DNA of 63,369 nucleotides, filler included, from Octopus bimaculoides (lineage: Eukaryota): assembly GCF_001194135.2 (NCBI RefSeq). It is 7 parts of 6 records of this genome, joined end to end, with 100 filler letters (N's around TTAATTAATTAA, not from the genome) between each part and the next. Parts side by side here need not be neighbours in the genome. Positions count along the whole stretch, not along the records: positions 24,231 to 30,116 come from NC_068982.1; positions 30,217 to 43,668 come from NC_069004.1; 5 more parts are not named here. The stretch is one strand, 5' to 3'. Shown one piece after another: positions 26,768 through 39,400 of the stretch. A model generated the notes under the pieces. That model ran no database searches. It was not told the origin of the DNA and worked only from the letters and a program-made list of their open reading frames with translations. Within the stretch, counting starts at the first letter, position 1, and the number at the start of each line of letters is the position of its first letter. The position numbers and the translations under genes are program-made.

Positions 26768-28253
26768 AAATCAGAAAATGAAGAAAACCTCAGATCAACA
26801 ATCACATCAATTGGACCACATTTATAGGTTATTATTTAATACAGAACATGGCATAAAATTTATGTGACATAACAAATCTTACGGCCGTTTCCACATCAGG
26901 TGCTGATCAAATAATTGCAAAAATAAAATTCCTCATCTTCATAAGACATTTGAATCAGAGCACGGTGCTTCGGTCTTACAACAAGAAGTACCCTTAAGAA
27001 ATTAATTTAGAAGCCAAAAAAATCATGTTAGAGTATAATATTGAAGACCGGACTGAACCATTTACACCGATTAGACCTCGTATAACAATTAAGGACCATA
27101 AAGATTAATTATCTACGTAATACTCAGGTTAGATTAATATGCTCCAATAAGTCAGATTTAGGTCAGCTTAGCAAAGCAATTTTGGATAAGTATATACCAA
27201 CCCTTACGAAAAAGATTAAACTGGAGTTATGGACAAACACCCAAAGCGTAAGAGAATGGTTCTCTAACATAAAATATAAGGATAAACATAAATTTTTGCA
27301 AATTGACATTCAAAATTATTACTTCTCCAAAAACCCCACTATTCTAGATAGTGCGCTTATTTTTGCTAAGAATTTTATTAAGATCAGTAGAAAAGAAATT
27401 AACATAATCCTTACGGCCCGTAAGTCCATTATCGAATGATAACAAGTCCTGGGCTAGAAAGGACATCCTTGATTTCTTTGATATAACTATGGGATCCCCT
27501 GACTCAGTGGAGGTAACTGACCTTGTGGGAATTTACCTTTTAGACAACATCTATAGAGGATTCTCTGAATTCGGGGGAGTCCTATATAAAGACGACGCAC
27601 TTTCTCTTATTAGAAACATCTCTAATAGACACCTTGAACAACTTAAGAAACGTCTGTATAAATCCTTTAATAGATTCGGTCTCTCCATTACTATATAGAA
27701 TGAAAACTACTCTGTCAACTACTTATATAATTTTTAATTTGTAATTCTTAAATTATTAGATTTAATGATATGAGCAATCTAATTTAGGGTAAAGAAATGC
27801 ATATTAAGAATACTTAGTAAATTGTTTGACTTGGTTCCCCCTTATATTGAAATTACCCAAAACATTTTTACTCCCTAGACCCGTACTAGCTCACTCTCTT
27901 ACCTACGGACTTTCGTAGCCCTAGGATGGTAGATTATATGCTTTTAACATTTTGGGCTTCCAGACTTCTTTTCTAGGCCATGCTTTCTTTCCTATTCCTT
28001 CTCTTTCTGTTTATTTTAGATGGTTTTGTTTTACTCTAATGAAGTACCGTACCCTGATTCAAATATCCTATGAAGATGAGGAATTTTATTTTCGCAATTA
28101 TTTGTAAAGATTGATCGGCACTGCATGCGGAAACGGCCGTAAGATTTGTTATGTCACATGAATTTTATGCCATGTTCTGTATTAAATAATTACCTATAAA
28201 TGTGGTCCAATTTGATGTGCTTGTTGACCTAATGTTTTCTCCATTTTCTGATT
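26768..28253 (+). mobile_element. Penelope-like element: RT fragment (about 26990-27720) flanked by ~210-bp inverted repeats (26768-26971 and 28041-28253)
   Basis: RT motifs RLICSNKSDLGQLSK, WTNTQSVREWF, FLQIDIQNYY, DITMGSPDSVEVTDLVGIY, LYKDDAL, FGLSITI. 26833-26892 equals the reverse complement of 28129-28188 at 59 of 60 nt. Confidence 0.85.
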
Positions 28254-28378
28254 ATTTATATTTGTTTCCTGATAAACTTTTGTTTATTCTGCTGTTACCT
28301 GTACCGGTAACGGATACCGATAGTATATACGGATATCTTATCCCTTAGTCAGTTATTATAACCGCTAACTCTGCTTAC

Positions 28379-28441
<63 letters not shown>

Positions 28442-29718
28442 NNNNNNNNNNNNNNNNNNNNNNNNNNNNNNNNNNNNNNNNNNNNNNNNNNNNNNNNNNN
28501 NNNNNNNNNNNNNNNNNNNNNNNNNNNNNNNNNNNNNNNNNNNNNNNNNNNNNNNNNNNNNNNNNNNNNNNNNNNNNNNNNNNNNNNNNNNNNNNNNNNN
28601 NNNNNNNNNNNNNNNNNNNNNNNNNNNNNNNNNNNNNNNNNNNNNNNNNNNNNNNNNNNNNNNNNNNNNNNNNNNNNNNNNNNNNNNNNNNNNNNNNNNN
28701 NNNNNNNNNNNNNNNNNNNNNNNNNNNNNNNNNNNNNNNNNNNNNNNNNNNNNNNNNNNNNNNNNNNNNNNNNNNNNNNNNNNNNNNNNNNNNNNNNNNN
28801 NNNNNNNNNNNNNNNNNNNNNNNNNNNNNNNNNNNNNNNNNNNNNNNNNNNNNNNNNNNNNNNNNNNNNNNNNNNNNNNNNNNNNNNNNNNNNNNNNNNN
28901 NNNNNNNNNNNNNNNNNNNNNNNNNNNNNNNNNNNNNNNNNNNNNNNNNNNNNNNNNNNNNNNNNNNNNNNNNNNNNNNNNNNNNNNNNNNNNNNNNNNN
29001 NNNNNNNNNNNNNNNNNNNNNNNNNNNNNNNNNNNNNNNNNNNNNNNNNNNNNNNNNNNNNNNNNNNNNNNNNNNNNNNNNNNNNNNNNNNNNNNNNNNN
29101 NNNNNNNNNNNNNNNNNNNNNNNNNNNNNNNNNNNNNNNNNNNNNNNNNNNNNNNNNNNNNNNNNNNNNNNNNNNNNNNNNNNNNNNNNNNNNNNNNNNN
29201 NNNNNNNNNNNNNNNNNNNNNNNNNNNNNNNNNNNNNNNNNNNNNNNNNNNNNNNNNNNNNNNNNNNNNNNNNNNNNNNNNNNNNNNNNNNNNNNNNNNN
29301 NNNNNNNNNNNNNNNNNNNNNNNNNNNNNNNNNNNNNNNNNNNNNNNNNNNNNNNNNNNNNNNNNNNNNNNNNNNNNNNNNNNNNNNNNNNNNNNNNNNN
29401 NNNNNNNNNNNNNNNNNNNNNNNNNNNNNNNNNNNNNNNNNATATATATATATATATATATATATGCATACACTCACACACACACACATATACTCACACA
29501 CACACACACACACACACTCACAAGCATAGAACCATTAATCCCGGCACGTTTTTTTTCACTTCATTTTTTTGTCTCAATTTTTTGTTTCCTTACATCCGTT
29601 TCTGTTGAAGAGTGTATACTCGAAACGTCAAAGACTTCTCCAGTTTTTACGAGCGTCAAACTTATTTATACTCTTGCTTGTTGTTCTCTCACCTGTTTCT
29701 GTACATTTCAACCATACA

Positions 29719-29749
<31 letters not shown>

Positions 29750-30216
29750 ATGTTTGTATGTATGTATGTATGTATGTATGCATGTATGTATGTGTATATG
29801 TATGCATGTAGTAATACGTGAATGTACATGCATACGTGTGTATGTGTGTCTCTGTGTGTGCACGCTTGTTATTGAATTTATAACTACAATCCAGTCCTAT
29901 CTTTCTATTCTTCTTTATTAGTCCGTTCTTTCTTTGGAACAATAAACGTAGAGGGTCCATCGATTTATTAACATCTTCCCACTCTGTCTTCTGATTTTAG
30001 CGATGGATTTTATATTGTTAATGGCGATAATCGTTGGAGCAATATTTTTACTCTCTTTCATTCGTTATGTCCATTGACATTTGGTTTGTCTCAACAGTCA
30101 TGAATTAATTTGACCANNNNNNNNNNNNNNNNNNNNNNNNNNNNNNNNNNNNNNNNNNNNTTAATTAATTAANNNNNNNNNNNNNNNNNNNNNNNNNNNN
30201 NNNNNNNNNNNNNNNN

Positions 30217-30252
<36 letters not shown>

Positions 30253-30254
30253 AA

Positions 30255-31195
30255 TATCATCATCATCATCGTCGTTTAATGTCCGCTTTCCATGCTGGCA
30301 TGGGTTGGACGGTTTGACTGAGGACTGGAAAACCAGGTGGCTGCGCCTGGCTCCAATCTGGTCTGGAAAAGTTTCTACAGTTGGATGCTCTTCCTAATGC
30401 CAACCACTCCGAGAGTGTAATGAGTGCTTTTACGTGCCACCAGCATAAGGGCCAGTCAGGCAGTACTGGTGACGACCACACTCAAAAGGTGTTTTTTATG
30501 TGCCACCTGCATGGGAGCCAGTCTGACGGCACTAGCAACAACCACGCTCGAATGTTGTTTTTCACGTGACACTGGCACATGTGCCAGTAAGGCGACGCTG
30601 GCAACGATCATGCTCGAATGGTGCTTTTTATGTGCCACTGGCACGGGAGCCAGTCAGTGGCCCTGGCAATGATCATGCTTGGATGGTGCTTTTAACGCTC
30701 CACTGGCACGAGTGCCAATCAGGCGGTACTGTCATTGGCCATGTCAGTGATTTTGATTTCACTTGCCTCAACAGGTCTTCGCAAGCAAAGTTTATTGTCC
30801 AATGAATGAAGGGTACTCATAAGTGGGCTGGTTATACACCACTGGCATAGGCCACCGGTTATGGTCTCACTTGGCTTTTCAGGTCTTCTCAAGCACAGCA
30901 TATCTCCAAAGGTCTTGGTCACTAGTCATTGCCTCGGTGAGGCCCAATGTTTGAAGGTCATGCTTCACCACCACATCCCAGGTGTTCCTGGGTCTACCTC
31001 TTCCACAGGTTCCCTCAACTGCTAGGGTGTGACACTTTTTCACACAGCTGTCCTCATCCATTCACAACACATGACCATACTAGCGTAGTCATCTCTCTTG
31101 CACACCACATCTGATGTGTCTTAAGTCCAACTTTTCTCTCAGGGCGTTTACACTCTGTCGTGTATGCACTCTGACATTACACATCCAGCGGTGCA
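30255..31195 (-). mobile_element. RTE-clade LINE 3' end with a ~64-bp tandem array in its 3' UTR and a (GAT)n tail
   Basis: Translation ...YGHVL*MDEDSCVKKCHTLAVEGTCGRGRPRNTW..DLQTLGL..M.SDQDLWR. About five diverged units at 30420-30730. The same 3' end occurs on the plus strand at 50913-50987. Confidence 0.85.
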
Positions 31196-31927
31196 TATAT
31201 ATATATATATATANNNNNNNNNNNNNNNNNNNNNNNNNNNNNNNNNNNNNNNNNNNNNNNNNNNNNNNNNNNNNNNNNNNNNNNNNNNNNNNNNNNNNNN
31301 NNNNNNNNNNNNNNNNNNNNNNNNNNNNNNNNNNNNNNNNNNNNNNNNNNNNNNNNNNNNNNNNNNNNNNNNNNNNNNNNNNNNNNNNNNNNNNNNNNNN
31401 NNNNNNNNNNNNNNNNNNNNNNNNNNNNNNNNNNNNNNNNNNNNNNNNNNNNNNNNNNNNNNNNNNNNNNNNNNNNNNNNNNNNNNNNNNNNNNNNNNNN
31501 NNNNNNNNNNNNNNNNNNNNNNNNNNNNNNNNNNNNNNNNNNNNNNNNNNNNNNNNNNNNNNNNNNNNNNNNNNNNNNNNNNNNNNNNNNNNNNNNNNNN
31601 NNNNNNNNNNNNNNNNNNNNNNNNNNNNNNNNNNNNNNNNNNNNNNNNNNNNNNNNNNNNNNNNNNNNNNNNNNNNNNNNNNNNNNNNNNNNNNNNNNNN
31701 NNNNNNNNNNNNNNNNNNNNNNNNNNNNNNNNNNNNNNNNNNNNNNNNNNNNNNNNNNNNNNNNNNNNNNNNNNNNNNNNNNNNNNNNNNNNNNNNNNNN
31801 NNNNNNNNNNNNNNNNNNNNNNNNNNNNNNNNNNNNNNNNNNNNNNNNNNNNNNNNNNNATTTGTTTGAGTGAACATTTTTGTTCATTTATTTATTTTTA
31901 TTTGTATATTTATATTCTTCTTTTTTC

Positions 31928-31972
<45 letters not shown>

Positions 31973-33181
31973 TGTGTGTATGTGTGTGTGTGTCTGTGTG
32001 TGTAAGGTTTCTTTAATTGATTGTTTTTTTTTGTATGTGTTCATTTGGAAAATAATTAAAGGTGTGTCTTTCCTGTGTGTAGCTGTATGTGTGTACATGT
32101 GTGTGTGTGAGTGCAATGAAGGCACATGGCTTAGTGGTTAGGGTATTTGGCTCATGATTGTAAGGTTGCGTGTTCAATTCTTAGTTGTGTGCAAGCAGAC
32201 TGTTCCATTGATTGGATCAACTGGAACCCTTGTCTTTGTAACCAATGGAGTGCCAGTGAGTGTGTATATGTGAGCATGTGTCTGTGTGTGTATATGGCAA
32301 ATTCTGTTGTTCCAAATATAATTCCAAAAAGAACAGATGTTCTCACAAAACAATCCTTCCTCCGACCAAAAATCACTCAGTCTTGAAAAGTACCATTCAT
32401 TAGAGGAAAGCCAATCTATACATTGGTTTGGTTACAAGAACTGTATGTTCTTCATTAATTCACTAGAAATGTTCTCTTTTTCCACATCTTCACAGGAGAC
32501 ATTCACATTATCTGGCAACTGACCTCTTCAAAAGTGCTTGGCTTTTGTTCCATGTTCCATTAAACAATATAAGGTCTATCTGTATATGTGTGATTGTGTG
32601 GATATATGTGTATGCATGTGTATGCACATATGTATGATTGTATCTATAGATATATATATGATTGTATGTATGTGTATGTGTGTATATGTACATTTGTGCA
32701 TGTGTCCGAGTGAGTTGCAGGGCTGTGTCAAGCTCCACTGTCATCTTTGGTTGGTTTCTACCATTGGATGCCCTTCCAAATGCCAACCATTTTACAGCAT
32801 ATTGGGTTCTTTTTTCATGCTACCAATACAAGTGAGGTTGCCATGTAACGTGCAAGACAAAAAAAGAACAGAAGAAAAGGACTGAGAAAAATCTCCCACT
32901 ACTAAGAGGAAGTATGATATTTGGAAGAGGAAGGTGGAGGTGGGTGGCTTTATGCCAGGTGTTGAACGGCTAAAGCACAATAGAGGGACAAGCACAGGTG
33001 TCTTGCTATAGAGGAGATACATGGCTGAAGGAGTTAAGAGCAAGGTAGTGAAGGTGTACATGAGCAGCCTCTTAAAGAGTAAGAAAATGAGCATAAGAAA
33101 GGATACAGACAGTGGGTCATGGAAGGAGATGAGAGAGTGTGGATGCTTTTATATGTATATATGTATGTATACATGTATGTA

Positions 33182-33709
33182 CAAGGTGGTATCAAGGAGT
33201 TCCCAGACTAGTTAAGTTGAATAAAAAATAACTTATTTACCTAAGTTTTAACATCATCTCCTTCAAAATAGTCAACTTACACAGCAATATACCAGTCCCA
33301 GTGTTTCTGCCTCTTTTGGAATCAGGGTGCATTGTCGTTATGAAGAAACCAATTCTTTGTGCTTCACAGATTTGGTCACTTTTGCCGAATGTCTTCCCTT
33401 AAATGTGGAACTCTCAACTGATGGTCTGGCTCTGGGGGATGAATTCTCAATGCACAATACCACACTTCTGGGAATGACTTTCATTGCAGATCTTCCAGAT
33501 AGCTCGTTGTCTTCCAGATTGCTTGTCTTCCAGATTGCTTGTCTTCCAGATTGCTTGTCTTCCAGATTGCTTGTCTTCCAGATTGCTTGTCTTCACTCAG
33601 CACACTGCCTCATGAAGGTCACTGCAAGCTTTCACTGCACGTGAAACCATGTGCTGCCATCTGTTGGTGTGCTACAGAACTAGTCCAGGAACTTTTTGAT
33701 ACCATCTCA
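33182..33709. mobile_element. Internally deleted mariner derivative with 31-bp TIRs and TA duplication
   Basis: TA-caaggtggtatcaaggagttcccagactagt ... actagtccaggaactttttgataccatctca-TA. The interior aligns to 40917-42338. Contains 5 x gtcttccagattgctt (33509-33588). Confidence 0.85.
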
Positions 33710-34319
33710 TACAGGAATCCCCTACATTACTGAAATAACGTGATCCTAAATGTCTTGCTATAGTGCAAAATCCCATTGTGAAATTAAGCATTTTCCCATT
33801 GAGTTTTGTGTTATAAAGTGATAATGTCTGCTGATGAATTTTTTAGGGGGAAAAAAGCAACAAAAAACAAAAGTCAAGCAACATGATTACTTTTATGCAT
33901 GGAAATAAGAATTTTTAAACATATACAGTAAAATAGGCATAGCTGTGTGATTCTTTGTTCAGTCCCACTTCATGGCACCTTGGGCAAGTGTCTTCTACTA
34001 TAGCCTCAGGCTTTGTGAGTGGATTTGGTACACTGAAAGAAACCTGTTCTACATATACATACATACGTACATACAAAAGGCGGCGAGCTGGCAGAAATGT
34101 TAGCACGCCGGGCGAAATGCTTAGCAGTATTTCGCCTGCTGTTACGTTCTGGGTTCAAATTCCACCAAGGTCAACTTTGCTTTTGATCCTTTTGGGGTTG
34201 ATAAATTAAGTACCAGTTACGCACTGGAGTTGATGTAATCGACTTAATCCCTTTGTCTGTCCTTGTTTGTCCCCTCTATGTTTAGCCCCTTGTGGGCAAT
34301 AAAGAAATAACATACATAT

Positions 34320-34336
34320 ATATATATATAATGAGA

Positions 34337-34374
<38 letters not shown>

Positions 34375-34850
34375 CTGTGTGATTCCCTAAAACTCGAGAA
34401 CTACACAACCAATTTCATTCAAATTTTACACATGCCTTACTTAGGGTCCCAGTTGTGTTTTAGTCAAAAAAAGTTTTAACTTCTTGCATAGTTCGAGCCC
34501 ACAGCAACATCATATCTCCTCCACTATTTAAGTATTATGTGTCAAAAGTGAAATAAAAATACTCATGTTAAATACTTTCACTTTAAAAATAAAACTGTTC
34601 CACTAACTGAAACAATCACATTTCAATACTGTAATGACAGATATAAAGTTATAAATAATGGGAGAAATATAGTATGATAAAATTTATTTAACCATTGGAA
34701 ATTCTTACATAACAATTGTTTCACAACTTAAAACATGCATAGATAATTTATTTTATCATATTTTATGATAATTAAATTACTTACATATCTGTATCAATAT
34801 AAACAATCTTTAAATTATTGCAGATATTAAGCTAGCTCATCGAGTTACAA
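34320..34850 (+). mobile_element. Possible Helitron/HINE-like element (TATATATAATGAGAATG start, internal (GT)n)
   Basis: Layout of AT start, microsatellite and 'ccaatttcattcaaattttacaca' block; resemblance only. Confidence 0.3.
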
Positions 34851-36354
34851 GAAATCCATGTTAAAAAATATTGACTTTGTGTTCTTGAAACATTATGTCA
34901 AGGGATTTCTTCTAAGCCAATGAAGTAGCTTAATAGCTGGATTAATACGAAGATTGTTTATATTAATGCAGACATGTAAATAATTTGCTTGTTATAAAAT
35001 ATAATAAAATAAATAAGCAATGCAAGTTTTACGTTGTGAAACAATTGTTGCTAAGAATTTCCAATGGTTAAATAAATTTTATCATTCTATATTTCTCTCG
35101 TTATTTATAATTTTATACAATCCTTGTTGTTTTCTCTTGTACCATACTCCATATTCTATATGTTTTGTAAAATGATATTCATTAAGGAGCATTTTTTAAT
35201 GAGCACTACCTAATTACTTGAATCCATATACTGTGATTTAAATGTGTGTGTGTGTTTATGTTGGTGTTTGTACCCCACCACTGCTTGACAACACAACTGG
35301 TGTTGATGTGTTTACATACCTGAGATGTAGCAGTTCGGCAGAAAGAGCCTAATAGAATAAGTACAAAGCTTAAAATAAAGATAAGGACTGGGATCGATTT
35401 ATTTGACTAAAATTCTTCAAGGTTGTGCTCCAGCATGGCCACAGTCTCATGATTGAAACAGGTAAAAGATAAAAGACACCTGCTCTGTTTTTTTTTTTGC
35501 AATCTGATGGTAATACTTGCATGACACTGGTGCCTAGTTATTACATCTGCCTTTCTCTTAGACAACATTGGTGGCCTAAAGTAAGGAGAGTTGCACGATT
35601 GGTTAAGTGCTGACGTTCTATGAGAAACCTTGCCCAGACTTATGTCTCAAAAAGGAAATTTTATATAGAGACAACATGTGATATCCAGAGGAATTTGTAG
35701 TTAAAATTTTTATTCAAATTTAGTTCATTCAACAGGAAGCTTGCTTCCCAACAACATGATTCAGGGTTCAGTGGGACTGAACCTGGAACTATGTTGGACA
35801 AGTGTCTTCCACCTTGGACCGACCAAAGCCTTGTGAGTGGATTTGGTAGATGGATACTAAAAGAAGCCTGTTGTATATGTGTGTGTGTGTGTGTATGTGT
35901 GTGTGTGTGTCTTTGTGTCTGTATTTGTCCCTCCCACCACTTGACAACTGGTGTTGGTGTGTTTGCATCCCTGTAGCTTAGCAGTTTGGCAAAAGGGACT
36001 GATAAATTAAGTACCATGCTTAACAGAAATTCTTCAAGGTAGTGCCCCAGCATGGCCATAGTTCAATGACAGAAACAAGAGAAAGATAAAAAAGATAAAT
36101 GAACTCTCCCCCACTGACCCCATCAAAGTTATTCACTTGTTTATTTTTATTATCATGCATTGCATTTTGCAAAGGATAGGGTCATTGGTTATGGGTTTCT
36201 GGTGGGTTCAATGCCCTTCTGATACCAACAGAAACAAATAATTGTCTCAACAACTTGGGTGGAACAAATACTTCATTGGATATTTTTATTTGAAAGTGCC
36301 AGTCTTTAGATTTTCTTGATGGTTTCTTAGAATTTTTGCCAATGTACATTAGCG

Positions 36355-36401
<47 letters not shown>

Positions 36402-39400
36402 ATGAGCTTCTTTCAGTTTCCACCTACCAAATCCATTCACAAGATTTTGGTTGGTTAGTTGGTTTGGGGTTGTAGTAGAAGACTTTTGCTCAAGGTGCCA
36501 TGCAGTGGGACTGAACCTGGAAGCATGTTGCTGGGAAGCAAGCTTTTTACCACACTCTCATGCCTGTGCTTATATGAAGTAACCCCCTCAATCACACATC
36601 CATTCTTATGACATTAAGCACAGCGTCATGATTTAGTTCTAAGATATGCAGAAACTCCTGAATTTGGCATTTTAAGACCTTAAAGCTCCCATTCCATCAA
36701 AGTATACTTCTTTTTTGATAATTTTTTCTCAACTAAAATTCTTCAACAAATGACTGCTGTCATCCCTCATTATGGCACTAATGACCATCTCTTGATAACC
36801 TAGAGGAGGTAAAGGAACAAACAAATACATTAGGAGATTAATATTGGTTTCAAGTTTGGGTACAAGGTCAGTAATTTTGGGAAGGAGGCCAATCGATTAC
36901 ATTGACCCCAGTGCTCAACTGATACTTACCTAATCAACCTCGAAAAGATGAAAGGCAAAGTCGACCTTGGTGAAATTTGAACTCAGAATGTAAAGATTGA
37001 CAAAATGCTGCTAAGCATTTTGCTCTGTGCGTTAACAATTCTGCCAGCTTGTCACCTTCATTAGGTCATTAATATTAATTCCTAACATTGGCACACGATC
37101 ACACATTTTGGAGGATAAGATGACTCTGCTGCTTAACTGGGATTTTGTTTTATTGACCCTGGAAATCAATGTTAGGATGTAAAGGGCCATTACTAAATAC
37201 AAGCAAGTCATTTTTGCTTTATGTTCCATTTATTCTGCCAATCTACCACCTTTTTGCTAATGGGGTAAAAGAAAAAAAACTTCAAGAAAGAAATTAATGT
37301 GATTTATGGAATTGGTTTAGAGGAGTTCATTTCTTATTCTGCAAAGTTTAACTGAATATGCCATGACATGACAAATGGATGGTAGATTTGCCTCCTTGTG
37401 CTTTTAGTGCAAGAGTTTTTGTTCTTTTTACTGTTTAGTCAGATATAGAAAGGTAGTGCTCAGGAGCTTCAAGATTGGTATGAGGAAAAGAGGATGCTGG
37501 TAGTAAACTTGAGAGATGGTCTGAATGCTTGTAACAGTTGGTTACATTGAACTCTACTAAAGCACCAAACAACCATATAGTGGTGTAATACTGAGGGGTG
37601 GATGAAGTCACCAACCAAAAAACACAGAATACAAAGAGCTGGAACAAATACCTCTAGGCACCTCATTTGATGTTCTGACAATTCTGCCAATCCACTGCCT
37701 ATCCTGGAAGAATGAAAGGCCAAAATTTAGCCCCAGTGAGACTTGCACTCGGAGTGTAATGTGTAGAGAGCGGGAACAAATACCACAAGATGTTGCGTTC
37801 TATGTTCTAATAACCCTGCCAACTGGCCTGACTATACTGCAAGCATTCAGGATAGTCCTCTGGTTTGAGGATGACTTCCTCCTGCTAATCTCAGAGACAC
37901 TGAAGAGATCATGTGCCACCTTGCTTCATTTCACTTAGCTATTAAAATAATCATAATACTGTTTCTGTCTTATTGGACATAGACACATTAAATATTTGTA
38001 TCTTGTAGAAATGTGTGGTCTAATTATTATGAGCAATTGTTTGTCAATGTTGTTAGAGTGTTGCATGGAATGCATTCAAATCCTGTCAAGGTCTACTTTG
38101 CCTTCTGTCCTGTTGGAGAGTTGATAAATAAAGAACCAGTCCAGAGCTAATGCAGCCCTTTCTTCCTCCATCTGCCACATCTTCAATGTTCCCCTTTAAT
38201 GATTGGTTAATAATTGGAGGACTTAGAGGATGTATGTGCCTGCTTGGGACCACATGGCCACCTAAAACAATTAGTGAAAAACATGGTACGTGCTACTAAA
38301 TCATCTTTGATTGCAACTGGTGGCCATATGTTTTGTCAATAGTCAACAACAGAGGCCAACATATGTGACTTGACCTGACTATTGCATCAGTGGCAAAAGG
38401 TTTACCAAAGTAAACTATTTATTCAATGACTGAAGATGATCTATTTTTCAGAACAATTGGAATTCTTCACAAATATGAACACAATAAACAAATGATACAA
38501 TAAGGACAAAAACCAATATCATGAACCATAAACTTCTTATGACTAACAACAAATACATAAAAAAATTTGAACATAAATAACCAGTGTTAAATAAACAATT
38601 TTCTAGTGCTAGGAAATTGTATGAAAAGTTGCAAGTTGGTTACACACAGCTTATATTCTTTGTAAAGTAGAATGGAATTCCAATGGATATTAATAGATAC
38701 AGAAACTCTTACAATGGAAGAATGCAATATAATTTTTGATGAAAAAGTTAGTAATTAATTTTATATATCTATTTGTTTCTTTTGCCATTTATAAAAAAAA
38801 ATTTCTTATTGTTTTACAGTCATTTTTTAAACGATAGACAAAGTGGAATATACACAATTGAGATTGAAGCAATTGATTTTACAACTGATTGTTCTTTCCA
38901 CCAATAACCACTAAACTGTAAGGCTTTTATTATTTAGTCTCAGGTCACTCCTGATCCAATTGATATACAATCAGAAATATTCCAGCCATGACTATTTCAT
39001 CTTTTACCCAGACATAATTTAACTAGTGCTGCATTTTTCTCCTGTTTTCATATGGTTTGTGGTACTTTAACCCTTTAGCATTCAAGTTATTCTGTCAAAT
39101 GAATTAATCATGCATTGTCTCTGTAACTTAAGATTTCAATGATGTGATTGCTTATTTTTAAGATGACATTGTAAGGTAGGTGTGAGAATACAAATCTGGA
39201 TGGTTTGAACATAAAACAGATATAATATTTAGGCCAGATATGGGTTAAGGAAAAACATTACTGTTATTTCAAGTAGGATGTTGTTTAGTCCCTGATCATC
39301 CTTTATCCAGCCTAGATAACTCCATCGTTTATTCAGACATAATGTATTTTAAGGATGGTACAGTGTAATGATATGAGGGGAGATATAATTGATATTTTTA

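Noticed and set aside
32792-32850. GNLTC peptide resembling the CPSF6 RRM motif GNLTWWT
   Set aside because: No flanking similarity or splice sites; lies in repeat-like sequence.
33509-33594. Short direct-repeat arrays here and at 30420-30730 as CRISPR-like
   Set aside because: No unique spacers, no cas genes, eukaryotic transposon context.
38130-38261. Minus-strand acceptor with branch-like ctaat (cactaattgttttag|gtggcc) as a possible CPSF6 exon 2
   Set aside because: Phase-0 reading stops after 12 codons, there is no CPSF6 similarity and no good donor.
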